A stretch of DNA of 64,000 nt. Source: Clostridia bacterium (GTDB taxonomy: Bacteria > Bacillota > Clostridia > Christensenellales > DTU072). Positions 39,952 to 49,798 of this stretch are shown here, piece after piece (positions within the stretch are counted from its first letter, which is position 1; every line of letters begins with the position of its first letter). The notes beneath the pieces are model-generated. The model did not search any database. It was not told where the DNA came from and worked only from the letters and a program-made list of their open reading frames with translations. A program made the translations under genes and the position numbers. The DNA lies in assembly GCA_028701415.1 (NCBI GenBank), contig JAQVQU010000001.1, positions 1,905 to 65,904 on the forward strand. Reading direction: 5' to 3'.

Positions 39952-40767
39952 ATGGATTTTAGCAAAGAAATTTTATATCCAGTAATTATTTTAACAGGAA
40001 TAGCAATATTTTTTTCTATCTTGATAGCTATTTTTAGTAAAAGATTTGCGATAAAAAAAGACCTGCAGGTTGAAACTGTTTTAGGATTGCTTGCAGGGGC
40101 AAATTGTGGTGCTTGCGGATATGCCGGATGTGAAGCTTTTGCAAAGGCTCTTGTAAAAGGAGAGGCTAAATTAAGCATGTGCAACGCAACAAATAAGGAA
40201 TGTAAGAAAAAAATTGGTGCATTACTTGGGACGGATGCTTCTGATGAAGAAACGGTTGTAGTCTGTGCTTGTATCGGGGGCATAATGTGCGAGGATAAAT
40301 ATGAATATCAAGGCTATGGTGATTGCGCAAGCGTTGAATTGTTATCTGGGGGGCGTAAATCCTGCCCAACGGGTTGTATTGGAATGAGTACTTGTGTTTC
40401 AAGCTGTCCTGTGCATGCAATTGACATCATAAAAGGAGTTGCTGTTGTCAATCAAAGTAAGTGTATTCATTGCGGTATTTGCGTTCTTAATTGCCCAAAA
40501 TCGCTTATGAAAAGAATTCCGAAAAAAGCTATGTACTTTATAGCTTGTTCTTGCCATGAATCAGGGAAAAATGTGAGAATTAATTGTAAGGTTGGGTGTA
40601 TAGGTTGCGGAATTTGCGCAAAAGTCTGTCCAGAAGGAGCTATAACCATGGTGGACAATTTGCCTGTTTTTGATTATGATAAATGTATAGGATGTGGTGT
40701 TTGCGCAGATAAATGCCCTTCCAAATGTATCAAGGAACTGGTGTTGCCACAAAAAAATGATGAATGA
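39952..40767 (+). CDS. rnfB: Rnf complex subunit B (polyferredoxin)
   Basis: 271 aa. N-terminal TM helix, an NCGACGYAGC motif, and several 4Fe-4S CxxCxxCxxxCP motifs. Confidence 0.9.
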   Translation: MDFSKEILYPVIILTGIAIFFSILIAIFSKRFAIKKDLQVETVLGLLAGANCGACGYAGCEAFAKALVKGEAKLSMCNATNKECKKKIGALLGTDASDEETVVVCACIGGIMCEDKYEYQGYGDCASVELLSGGRKSCPTGCIGMSTCVSSCPVHAIDIIKGVAVVNQSKCIHCGICVLNCPKSLMKRIPKKAMYFIACSCHESGKNVRINCKVGCIGCGICAKVCPEGAITMVDNLPVFDYDKCIGCGVCADKCPSKCIKELVLPQKNDE

Positions 40768-42589
40768 AAGGGTTTTGTTGAAAAGAATCCATGCTTGTCT
40801 TCTTGCTTTTATAGTATCTATTGTATTTTTATTTGTTTCATGTAAACCTATTGAATCAAGTAATATTCAGTATTTTGAAAATTTTTCTTCTACTTCAGCT
40901 TATTCTTCGATAACTGAAAGTCTTAGACTTCCAGAAGGGGTAACTATTTCACAATACGATGGTTTAACGGGAGTATTTGTAACACAAAAAAAATATTTTG
41001 ATAGTTCTGATGAATATCGATATGGGTTCTGTACTGTAGAACAGGATTTAATTTCCCCAAGGTTTACAAATGTAATGGATATACGTGGGGACTATGCTGT
41101 TGTAAGCATGCCTTTTTCTACTGGTGATACTTATGAATATCGAGTTGGTATTGTAAAGATAAAAGGAGAAGGAAGCAATATTATTAGTTCAGATTACGGA
41201 TTTTCTTATAGCTATATTCCCTCAATAACTCAATATGCGATGCTTGACAATAACTATGTTGCTATCATGGGCAGTAAAAGTTCTACATCTACCACCTATA
41301 ATGAAGCCACGATCTATGATTATACTAGCGCTAATGGGCTGTTAGAAATAGCAAAAATTGATGATATTTCAAATTATACAAAGTTCTATTATGCAGATGG
41401 TTTTTTAATTACACAGTCTCCAGGTATAGCGAGGGTATATTCAATTAATGAAATAAACGAGGATGGATATTTAACGCTAAATAGTTATTTTATGCCTTTT
41501 GATGAAGCGGATGGGTTTTCTAATTCAATGGTAGAAATTAACCCATATTATTTAGGAAATGATTGGTTTATTTTTACGGGAATCTATGCCTCTACTGAGG
41601 AATATGATACATATGAGATTGTTAAGCCCCTTGAAAACGATGATGACACCCTTTATTACATGACCATTCGTAGTAAAAGATACAATGCATCTACTGGCCA
41701 ATATTATGATTCTGATAGGGTTTCCCTTGTTGCCAATCAGTACACTAGTCTTCTAGTAAAAGACATTGCTAATATTATGAATATTAGTAATTCAAGCGAA
41801 TATATTAATGTAGATGATGAGGATTTGACTCAAAGATTATATAGCCCTCCTGTGATTCCCACCAGTGAAATAATAAAAGAAGGATATTCTATAGTATATT
41901 CTTATTTTCCTTTATATGCTGAAGATAATTCAGTAAGCTTTAATGATACATTCCAAATCTATGATCAGAACGCAAATAGACTTACTGTTCCCGAGGCTTT
42001 GATGCCAATTGTATATGTAGATGGAATCGGATTGCAAAATATTGACCCTAATTTTTCTTTGCCCGGAAGGGAGGTTGGTTATCATAACTATTTAGATGGG
42101 CAAAGAGTTATTCTTAAACAAATAACTGATAGGATTGTATATGACCCATATATGTTGCACAACGGCATGATACTTGCAATGGAGTTTAATTTAGACCGAC
42201 CGGGTATTAACTGTTCTGCAGCATTTGACCTTAACGGAAATCAAATAACCCCTTTTGATTATGATGTATTCTCTCCTTATTTTGGAGAATATGCTATTGC
42301 GGGAAAGAATGAAAAATCTGGGGAAAAAGATTTTTTTAAGTATTACAGGATTGATAAAACAGGAAATGTTTCCCTAATAGATAAGTTTGTCTTTTCAATC
42401 CACAACGGTGTGTATGTGACAAAGGAAGAAGGAAAATTTGCGTTGTATTCAAATAGTGGGATGAAGTTACTGAGTGCAGATAGCTCAGACATATCTATAG
42501 TGGATGACTTTTTTGTTGAAGGGAAATATATTTCATCTCATGTAATTACCATTGAAAATGGTGGGGGAGTAATTTATAAACTTGGTTAA
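40757..42589 (+). CDS. putative lipoprotein with WG-repeat-like modules, overlapping the end of rnfB
   Basis: ATG at 40757 (MMNERVLLKR…), 11 nt inside rnfB. Signal peptide with a lipobox-like FVSC. Segments resemble WG/KWG repeats (…YRYGFCTVEQDLISPRFTNVMDIRGDYAVVS…, …YYRIDKTGNVSLIDKF…). Confidence 0.6.
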   Translation: MMNERVLLKRIHACLLAFIVSIVFLFVSCKPIESSNIQYFENFSSTSAYSSITESLRLPEGVTISQYDGLTGVFVTQKKYFDSSDEYRYGFCTVEQDLISPRFTNVMDIRGDYAVVSMPFSTGDTYEYRVGIVKIKGEGSNIISSDYGFSYSYIPSITQYAMLDNNYVAIMGSKSSTSTTYNEATIYDYTSANGLLEIAKIDDISNYTKFYYADGFLITQSPGIARVYSINEINEDGYLTLNSYFMPFDEADGFSNSMVEINPYYLGNDWFIFTGIYASTEEYDTYEIVKPLENDDDTLYYMTIRSKRYNASTGQYYDSDRVSLVANQYTSLLVKDIANIMNISNSSEYINVDDEDLTQRLYSPPVIPTSEIIKEGYSIVYSYFPLYAEDNSVSFNDTFQIYDQNANRLTVPEALMPIVYVDGIGLQNIDPNFSLPGREVGYHNYLDGQRVILKQITDRIVYDPYMLHNGMILAMEFNLDRPGINCSAAFDLNGNQITPFDYDVFSPYFGEYAIAGKNEKSGEKDFFKYYRIDKTGNVSLIDKFVFSIHNGVYVTKEEGKFALYSNSGMKLLSADSSDISIVDDFFVEGKYISSHVITIENGGGVIYKLG

Positions 42590-42595
42590 AGGAGA

Positions 42596-43579
42596 ATGCA
42601 GTTATCTATGGATACTATCTTAGGCGGGCCTGAATTAATTGATTATGGCGCTTCTCTAATTAAAAAGGGAGAAATCGTTGCGTTCCCAACAGAGACAGTT
42701 TATGGTTTGGGCGCTAGTGCTTACAACGAAGATGCGGTAAAGAAGATTTTTATTGCAAAAGGAAGACCTCAGGATAATCCGCTAATAGTTCATATTTCTT
42801 CTCCAATAGATGCGGCCGAAATTGCGATAGGGATACCCGACGAGGCATATGTTTTATGGGAAATATTTTCCCCAGGTCCTTTAACTTTGGTTCTAAATAA
42901 AAGCAATAATATTCCAGATATTGTTACAGCGGGATATAAAACTGTTGGACTTAGGATTCCTAACAATGAAATCGCTTTATCGCTAATAAATAAGTCGGGA
43001 CTTTCTTTAGCTGCCCCATCAGCAAATATAAGCGGAAGAGTAAGCCCTACTGAAGCAATGCATGTTTACAAGGATCTACATGGTCGAATCCCTCTTATAA
43101 TAGATGGAGGGCAATGCACAATTGGAATAGAAAGTACCGTTTTAGATCTAACAAAAAATATACCTATTATTCTTAGACCAGGCTTTATTACTCCGGAGCA
43201 GATAGCAGAAAGTATAGGAAAAGTTATTAATCACAAGGGAGAAATTATTAAAGCGGAATCTCCTGGAATGAAGTATTCTCACTATATGCCAAATTGCCCT
43301 TGTGTTTCGGCAGTGACAACCGATTCTGCCTGTGAGTTATACGATAAAAATAAAAATGCAATAATTTTAGGAACTAATTCTTTTGTTGAATCCTGTGGTA
43401 GCAGGGCAGTCTTTAGACTTGGGGATAATCCGAGCGATTGCATGAAGAATATTTTTAAAGCTCTCAGAGACTCTGAGGAATTATACAGTTTTATTATAAT
43501 AGAAAGTTTTAGAGACAAACATGGATATTTCGCATTACATAATAGGTTGTCAAAAGCTACTAAAGGTATTACTTATTAA
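42596..43579 (+). CDS. tsaC: L-threonylcarbamoyladenylate synthase (Sua5/YwlC long form)
   Basis: 327 aa with YrdC-domain motifs (…FPTETVYGLGA…, …KGRPQDNPLIVHI…) plus a Sua5 C-terminal domain. Confidence 0.88.
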   Translation: MQLSMDTILGGPELIDYGASLIKKGEIVAFPTETVYGLGASAYNEDAVKKIFIAKGRPQDNPLIVHISSPIDAAEIAIGIPDEAYVLWEIFSPGPLTLVLNKSNNIPDIVTAGYKTVGLRIPNNEIALSLINKSGLSLAAPSANISGRVSPTEAMHVYKDLHGRIPLIIDGGQCTIGIESTVLDLTKNIPIILRPGFITPEQIAESIGKVINHKGEIIKAESPGMKYSHYMPNCPCVSAVTTDSACELYDKNKNAIILGTNSFVESCGSRAVFRLGDNPSDCMKNIFKALRDSEELYSFIIIESFRDKHGYFALHNRLSKATKGITY

Positions 43580-43592
43580 AGGAGGAAGAATA

Positions 43593-44042
43593 ATGAAAAT
43601 AGGAATAGGCTGTGATCATGGAGGAGTAGTATTAAAGGGGGCCGTAATTGAGGCTATAACCGAAGTCGGGCATGATTATTATGATTATGGTACTTTCGGG
43701 CAAGAATCTGTTGATTATCCTGATTACGCAGAAAAAGTATGCAAGGCTATTATAAATGGCGAAATAAATAAAGGTATACTAATTTGCGGAACAGGTATTG
43801 GCATATCTATTGCCGCCAATAAATTCAAAGGAATTAGGTGTGCACATGTGACTGATGAATTTCAGGCACAAATGAGTGCTGAACACAATGATGCCAATAT
43901 GATTGCTTTAGGTGGTAGGGTGTCGGATGAAATTTCAACGAAAGCAATGGTGAAAAGATTTCTCGAGACAGAATTTGCGGGGGGAAGACATAAGAACAGG
44001 GTTGATAAGATTTTAAGGATAGAGGAGAAAAATTTCAATTAG
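43593..44042 (+). CDS. rpiB: ribose-5-phosphate isomerase B
   Basis: The ATG at 43593 follows AAAGGAGG (MKIGIGCDHGG…). The ORF-track start at 43521 overlaps tsaC and lacks an SD. Confidence 0.9.
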   Translation: MKIGIGCDHGGVVLKGAVIEAITEVGHDYYDYGTFGQESVDYPDYAEKVCKAIINGEINKGILICGTGIGISIAANKFKGIRCAHVTDEFQAQMSAEHNDANMIALGGRVSDEISTKAMVKRFLETEFAGGRHKNRVDKILRIEEKNFN

Positions 44043-44285
44043 AATAATTAAATCAAAAACTGTATTAGAACTTTTATATTTTTGTTCATCGTAATTATTT
44101 TTGTTTGTTGCACTTTTTTCATTTTATATCCTAGGATATGCAAGGCAACCTGAAGATAACAATGATTCAGGGGACCTAGAAGAAGATATTTCTGGGCATG
44201 AGGATTATTAAAAGTATTCAATTATTTTACAATGACTTTCTATTTTATTATTGATACAATATAAAACATCAAGGAAAACATTTGT

Positions 44286-45302
44286 ATGACTGAAAAAAAC
44301 TTACCTTTATTATTAGAGCCGTTTATAGCCGACTATTTATGGGGCGGATCAAAACTTATTACTGAATGGGGAAAGGATCAACGTAAGACAAAGATAGCGG
44401 AGACTTGGGAACTGTCTGCTTTTCCAAATAAAGAAAGCATAGTTTGCTCTGGCCCACTTATTGGAAAGAATCTTTCTTCAATACTTAAATCTGATCCTGC
44501 CATTTTTGGCAATAGAATCAAAGATTATTCGGAGTTTCCTCTGTTAATAAAAATAATAAATGCAGAGCAAAATTTATCAATTCAGGTTCATCCCTCTGAT
44601 TCTTATGCAAAAAGGTATGAGGGCCAACTTGGGAAAAGCGAAATATGGTACATTGTAGAGGCATCTGAAGGTGCAGAGATATTTCTAGGATTTAACAAGG
44701 AAGTTTCAAAAGAAGAAATAGTGGATAGGATTAAAAACTCTACACTATTGGATGTTCTAAATAGATTGCCTGTAAAAAGAGGGGATGTAATTACTGTGAA
44801 ACCTGGTACAGTTCATGCACTACTTAAGGGATTATTAGTAATAGAAATTCAAGAAAACAGTAATTTGACCTATAGAATTTTTGATTATGGAAGAAAGGAT
44901 TCTTTTGGAAAAGAGAGGGAATTGCATATAGAAAAGGCTTTAGAGGTTATTAATTTCGAAAAATATGATAACTCAAAAATTAATTCCTCAGTTATAATTC
45001 AGGATGATTCAAGAAATTCTTTAAGGGTATTAGATGAAAATGAATATTTTTATGCAATTGAAATTATCATGACGGAATCAATGAAAGTATATTGTAGAGA
45101 TTCATTTATTTCATTAACTTTAGTGGAAGGTGAAGGAAAGTTTTCCTCTGGCGAAACCATAAAGAAAGGAAATACTTTTTTACTTTCTGCAGATACAGAG
45201 TATAATATCAGAAACATTAGAGAGGAGATAAATTTTAAAGCTATAGCTGTTACTTTAGGAAAAAATATGGAGGAGAAAATTAATGTATTATTTAGGAATT
45301 GA
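44286..45302 (+). CDS. manA: class I mannose-6-phosphate isomerase
   Basis: 338 aa. Cupin PMI motifs (…LSIQVHPSD…, …GTVHAL…). Confidence 0.8.
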   Translation: MTEKNLPLLLEPFIADYLWGGSKLITEWGKDQRKTKIAETWELSAFPNKESIVCSGPLIGKNLSSILKSDPAIFGNRIKDYSEFPLLIKIINAEQNLSIQVHPSDSYAKRYEGQLGKSEIWYIVEASEGAEIFLGFNKEVSKEEIVDRIKNSTLLDVLNRLPVKRGDVITVKPGTVHALLKGLLVIEIQENSNLTYRIFDYGRKDSFGKERELHIEKALEVINFEKYDNSKINSSVIIQDDSRNSLRVLDENEYFYAIEIIMTESMKVYCRDSFISLTLVEGEGKFSSGETIKKGNTFLLSADTEYNIRNIREEINFKAIAVTLGKNMEEKINVLFRN

Positions 45303-46227
45303 TGTCGGAGGTATGAGTATTAAGGGCGGATTAATAGATGAGAAAGGCAATATATTATTCAAGGAATCAGTCCCGACTATGCCCGAAAGAGATTATAAAG
45401 ATATTATTGAAGACATTGCTGCTCTTTGTGATACATTGATAGGAAAAGAAAACTTGAAAAAAAATGATCTAAAAGGTATAGGAGTAGGCATTCCTGGGAC
45501 TATTGACCCCGAAAAAGGGGTAATTGTATATGCAAACAATATTAACTTTAAGAAAGTTCCAATTAAAAAGGAATTATCAAAATATTTTACTTGTCCTATT
45601 AAAATAGGAAATGATGCAAATGTGGCTGCCTTTGGAGAATTAAAATTTGGAGCGGGGAAAGGGGCTAGGGATTTAATCTTGATAACACTTGGCACAGGAA
45701 TTGGGACCGGAATAATAGTCGACAATCAAATCATTCTAGGTAAAGGTGGTGCAGGTGGAGAGGGCGGGCATATTGGATTTAAATATAATGGTAAAAAGTG
45801 TAGCTGCGGGAAAAGGGGTTGTTGGGAGGCCTATGCATCCGCATCTGCTCTAATAAAAATGACAGAGAAAGCTATTTCTAAAAATCCACTTGGGGTTATG
45901 GCTGAAGTTGCAAGGGAAGAGGGGAAGGTTTCTGGGAAGACAGCTTTCATCGCAGAAAAAAAAGGGGATAAAGAGGCACAAAAGGTTGTTTCAAATTATG
46001 TAAAATATGTATCCGATGGGATTATTTCTTTAGTTAATATTTTTCGTCCTGACTTAGTTTTAATCGGAGGGGGAATTTCTAATGAAGGAGATGCCTTAAT
46101 GAAGAGAATCCAGCAAAGAGTAAATCGTTTTAGTTACGGTGGAAAGATTAATCCTAAAATTACAATTAAAAAAGCTTTACTTATGAATGATGCTGGAATT
46201 TTAGGCGCAGCGGCGCTTTGTATTTGA
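45283..46227 (+). CDS. glcK: ROK-family glucokinase
   Basis: 314 aa. N-terminal GIDVGG motif and the ROK zinc motif (CSCGKRGCWEAYAS). Confidence 0.82.
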   Translation: MYYLGIDVGGMSIKGGLIDEKGNILFKESVPTMPERDYKDIIEDIAALCDTLIGKENLKKNDLKGIGVGIPGTIDPEKGVIVYANNINFKKVPIKKELSKYFTCPIKIGNDANVAAFGELKFGAGKGARDLILITLGTGIGTGIIVDNQIILGKGGAGGEGGHIGFKYNGKKCSCGKRGCWEAYASASALIKMTEKAISKNPLGVMAEVAREEGKVSGKTAFIAEKKGDKEAQKVVSNYVKYVSDGIISLVNIFRPDLVLIGGGISNEGDALMKRIQQRVNRFSYGGKINPKITIKKALLMNDAGILGAAALCI

Positions 46228-46322
46228 TTATTGTAGTTATTTGTTTGAAATTATTTATTTAAAAAAGCTTCCTTATTTTTCATTAAAGAAGTGTTTAATT
46301 TTATGAGTGTACGAGAGGAATT

Positions 46323-48101
46323 ATGAAGAGTTTTGATGAGATATTATATCTAGTTGAAAAACCTGCTAGATATATAGGTGGAGAGTTTGGCCTCCCGAAA
46401 TTGAAGGAAAAATATGAGGTAGCATCTTGTATAGTGTTCCCTGATATGTATGAAATAGGGATGAGCAATCTTGGAATTAAGATTTTATATAATATTCTGA
46501 ACTCTATTGAAGGTGTTATTTGCGAAAGATGTTTTGCTCCTTGGACAGATATGGGTGTTCAATTGAAGGAAAATTCGATCCCCCTTATGTCCCTTGAATC
46601 TAAAAAATCATTGAAAGATTTCGATTTTTTAGGTTTTAGTATACAATATGAACTTTTATTTTCAAATGTTCTATATATTTTGGATTTGGCAGGAATACCT
46701 TTTAGAAGTGCAGAAAGAAACAACGATTTTCCTTTGCTTATTGCTGGAGGCCCTTGCAGTGCTAATCCCGAACCTTTTGCAGATTTTTTCGATATTATTT
46801 GCATCGGAGAAGGGGAAGAAGTGGTTTCTCAAGTAGCTGAAATAATAAAAATTTTTAAGGGAGATAGAACTAGGATATTGGAGGAATGTGCCCGGGTTGA
46901 AGGCTTATATGTTCCCTCTATACATAAAGAAGCAGGAATAACTAGTGAAAAAATTGTACGGAAGGCAATAGTGAAGGATTTGAATTCCTCTCAGTACCCA
47001 GTTAAGCCAATTGTTCCCAATATTCCCGTTGTCCATGACAGACCTGTGGCAGAATTGTATAGAGGATGCTATTCCAGCTGTAGATTTTGCCAAGCCTCTT
47101 TTTTTTATAGACCTATACGCAAAAGATCACCCGAGGTTTTAAAAAAACAAATAATTGATATGATAGATTTTTCAGGAGCGGATGAAATCGGTATATCTAG
47201 TTTATCTACTGGGGACTATCCCTGCTTAGAGGATCTTTTTAGTTTGATACTCCCGGAAGTGGAAAAAAGAAGAGTTAAACTTCAGCTGCCTAGTTTAAGA
47301 CTGGATAGTTTTTCTCCAGAACTTGTAAGGAATGCTAGAAAAACAGGAAGTTTAACTTTTGCTCCTGAAGCTGGTACGCAAAGATTAAGAAATGTAATAA
47401 ATAAAAATATTACTGATGATGATATCGAGAGAACTGTTAAAATGGCCTTTCTATCGGGATATAAAAGTGTGAAGTTGTATTTTATGCTGGGTCTTCCCTC
47501 TGAGACCGAGGAAGATATATTGGGTATAGCAGAAATAGCTAGAAGAATTAAGCGTATTTACAAAGAAGTTACGAATAGAAATGATTTAAACATAAATATC
47601 TCTTCATCGATTTTCGTCCCTAAACCTCTAACTCCTTTTCAGTGGGCAAGACAAATTACTCAACAAGAAATGAAGGATAAGCATTTTCTTTTGCGAAAGG
47701 AATTAAAGTCCATAAAAGGGGTGAATTATAGTTGGAGTGATGAAAACGTGTCTTTACTTGAATGTATTTTTGCTAGGGGGGACAAAAAGTTATCAAAAGT
47801 AATAGAGGAAGCTTATTTAATGGGTGCAAAATTTGATAGTTGGAATGAGCACTTTAAATTTGATATTTGGAAGGAAGCTTTTTTAAAACATAAAATTAAT
47901 TACGAAGACTATACTTTAGAAAAAAAATTGGAGAATATTTTACCTTGGAGTTTTATTGATTTTGGAGTAAGCGATAGTTATTTGAAAAATGAATACAAAA
48001 AATCTCTCCTCGAAACAACAACTGAAGGATGTAGAAAAGAATGTAAAGGTTGTGGCGCAAATAGGCTTGGGAAATGTGAGACTTTAGGGGGTTCGATATG
48101 A
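46323..48101 (+). CDS. B12-binding-domain-like radical SAM protein (the family usually paired with DUF2344)
   Basis: 592 aa with the CxxxCxxC motif (CYSSCRFCQA). Followed with a 4-nt overlap by its usual partner ORF. Confidence 0.8.
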   Translation: MKSFDEILYLVEKPARYIGGEFGLPKLKEKYEVASCIVFPDMYEIGMSNLGIKILYNILNSIEGVICERCFAPWTDMGVQLKENSIPLMSLESKKSLKDFDFLGFSIQYELLFSNVLYILDLAGIPFRSAERNNDFPLLIAGGPCSANPEPFADFFDIICIGEGEEVVSQVAEIIKIFKGDRTRILEECARVEGLYVPSIHKEAGITSEKIVRKAIVKDLNSSQYPVKPIVPNIPVVHDRPVAELYRGCYSSCRFCQASFFYRPIRKRSPEVLKKQIIDMIDFSGADEIGISSLSTGDYPCLEDLFSLILPEVEKRRVKLQLPSLRLDSFSPELVRNARKTGSLTFAPEAGTQRLRNVINKNITDDDIERTVKMAFLSGYKSVKLYFMLGLPSETEEDILGIAEIARRIKRIYKEVTNRNDLNINISSSIFVPKPLTPFQWARQITQQEMKDKHFLLRKELKSIKGVNYSWSDENVSLLECIFARGDKKLSKVIEEAYLMGAKFDSWNEHFKFDIWKEAFLKHKINYEDYTLEKKLENILPWSFIDFGVSDSYLKNEYKKSLLETTTEGCRKECKGCGANRLGKCETLGGSI

Positions 48102-48742
48102 TCACAGTTAAATATTCAAAACTATATTATTCAAGATTCTTATCCCACCTTGATTTGCAAACTATCATTAACAGAGCCCTTAAGAGGGCAGGGTTTATAG
48201 TTAATTACTCTCAAGGATTTAACCCTCATCCGATATTGAAAATGTCTCCCCCGATTCCATTGGGGATAAAGTCTTCAGCTGAATATTTTACAGCGGATTT
48301 ACTTGTTCAAAATAAGGAATACTTTTTGGATAAATTGCAAGCAACTTTGCCAGAGGGGATAAAACTTAATGCCTTTTGGACGACTGAAACACAACCGCGA
48401 ATTGCGGCATTATCTGTAAATACAGGATACTCTTTTAAAAATTTGGATAAGTATGTTGTAAAGAAAATTTTGGAAGAAGAACAATTAATCGCTTGTGAAT
48501 TCAACAGCGTTCCTGAAGGCTTGAAAATTTTGGAAGATTTAGGCGGAGGGTTGTTTATCGTATTGCCCTCTGGAAAGAATAATATTAGAATCGATACATT
48601 TATTTCTTTTTTGAGGGAAAAATTTTCCCTTCACCAAACAGTAATTGATGTTGAAAAAACGATTTTGTTTTTGTCCTATGATAACGAGATAGTAAACGCT
48701 GATAAATATCTAGATTTTTTAAGCAAAAAATCTCTTTTTTAA
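48098..48742 (+). CDS. radical-SAM-associated protein (DUF2344-like)
   Basis: 214 aa (…YSRFLSHLDLQTIINRALKRAG…). ATGA overlap with the radical SAM gene. Confidence 0.7.
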   Translation: MITVKYSKLYYSRFLSHLDLQTIINRALKRAGFIVNYSQGFNPHPILKMSPPIPLGIKSSAEYFTADLLVQNKEYFLDKLQATLPEGIKLNAFWTTETQPRIAALSVNTGYSFKNLDKYVVKKILEEEQLIACEFNSVPEGLKILEDLGGGLFIVLPSGKNNIRIDTFISFLREKFSLHQTVIDVEKTILFLSYDNEIVNADKYLDFLSKKSLF

Positions 48743-48880
48743 GATCAAAAGACCGTAGGCGTTTTTTTCTTGCTTTTGTATAATATAATATGATAATCTA
48801 TACTAGCCGCACAAAAAAGGCTTTATTAAGGTGTTTTTACGCCGCCTTAATGGCGAGTTCCTAAAGGGAGGTAGATAGGT

Positions 48881-49186
48881 ATGTACGCGATAGTAGAAAC
48901 AGGTGGAAAACAGTATAAAGTGCAAACTGGTGAGACATTCAAGGTTGAACTTCTTTCCGCGAATCTTGGTGAGATTATCAAGTTACCAGTATTATTGGTA
49001 AGCGATGAAGGGAAAGTTATTACGGGCAATGATCTTTCTGGTAAGTATGCAGAAGCTGAAGTTGTATTTCATGGTAAATCGAGAAAGATTGACATTTTTA
49101 CATATAAGGCAAAGAAAAATGTACGTAGAAGAAAAGGCCATAGACAACCTTATACAGAGTTAAAAATCAACAAAATAGTTCTATAA
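48881..49186 (+). CDS. rplU: 50S ribosomal protein L21 (bL21)
   Basis: 101 aa (MYAIVETGGKQYKV…). SD GGGAGG. Confidence 0.97.
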   Translation: MYAIVETGGKQYKVQTGETFKVELLSANLGEIIKLPVLLVSDEGKVITGNDLSGKYAEAEVVFHGKSRKIDIFTYKAKKNVRRRKGHRQPYTELKINKIVL

Positions 49187-49489
49187 ATGATTTTTGTGAA
49201 AGTAAAAAAATCTCCTGACAACAAGTATATAATAACAGTTTTTGGACATTCGGGATATGCAAAGTCGGGGAAAGATATTGTATGTGCAGCTGTTTCGGCG
49301 ATTACTCAAGGAGCAGTTGTTGGATTAAGAAAGGTACTTAACGAAAGTGTTACGGTAAAAACTTCTGATGGATATTTGTCTTTTGAAGTGGATGACAATG
49401 AAAAGACGAGAATAATTATTCTTACAATGTCAGAAGCAATAAAGGATCTTGTTAATCAGTATCCTAAACACATAAAAATGGAGGAATAA
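49187..49489 (+). CDS. prp: ribosomal-processing cysteine protease Prp
   Basis: 100 aa (…GHSGYA…GKDIVCAAVSA…) between rplU and rpmA. The downstream L27 carries a cleavable N-terminal extension. Confidence 0.88.
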   Translation: MIFVKVKKSPDNKYIITVFGHSGYAKSGKDIVCAAVSAITQGAVVGLRKVLNESVTVKTSDGYLSFEVDDNEKTRIIILTMSEAIKDLVNQYPKHIKMEE

Positions 49490-49492
49490 GAT

Positions 49493-49777
49493 ATGTATAT
49501 TAATATTCAACTTTTTGCCCATAAGAAAGGTGGCGGAAGTTCAAAAAATGGAAGAGATAGCAATGCCCAAAGACTGGGAACAAAAAGAGCTGACGGACAA
49601 TTGGTTCCTGCGGGTTCAATATTGGTAAGACAAAGAGGGACTAAGATTCATCCTGGGAATAATGTGGGTAGAGGAAAAGATGACACTCTTTTTGCTCTTG
49701 TTACAGGTGTAGTAAGATTTGAGAGAACCGGCAAAACAAAAACTCAAGTAAGCGTTTATTCTGAAGTAGAAGCTTAA
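49493..49777 (+). CDS. rpmA: 50S ribosomal protein L27 (bL27) with an N-terminal propeptide
   Basis: 94 aa. [17 protein letters not shown]… (Prp site …F/AHKK). Confidence 0.97.
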   Translation: MYINIQLFAHKKGGGSSKNGRDSNAQRLGTKRADGQLVPAGSILVRQRGTKIHPGNNVGRGKDDTLFALVTGVVRFERTGKTKTQVSVYSEVEA

Positions 49778-49798
49778 TAAGTAGAAATCTCATTTCTT

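Noticed and set aside
44101-44211. 36-codon TTG-initiated ORF (LFVALFSFYILGYARQPEDNNDSGDLEEDISGHEDY) and a CCTGAA/TTCAGG hairpin in the 243-nt rpiB-manA gap.
   Set aside because: It has no ATG and no SD, and the hairpin has only 6 bp. It could be a remnant of a decayed gene, but the sequence alone cannot support that.
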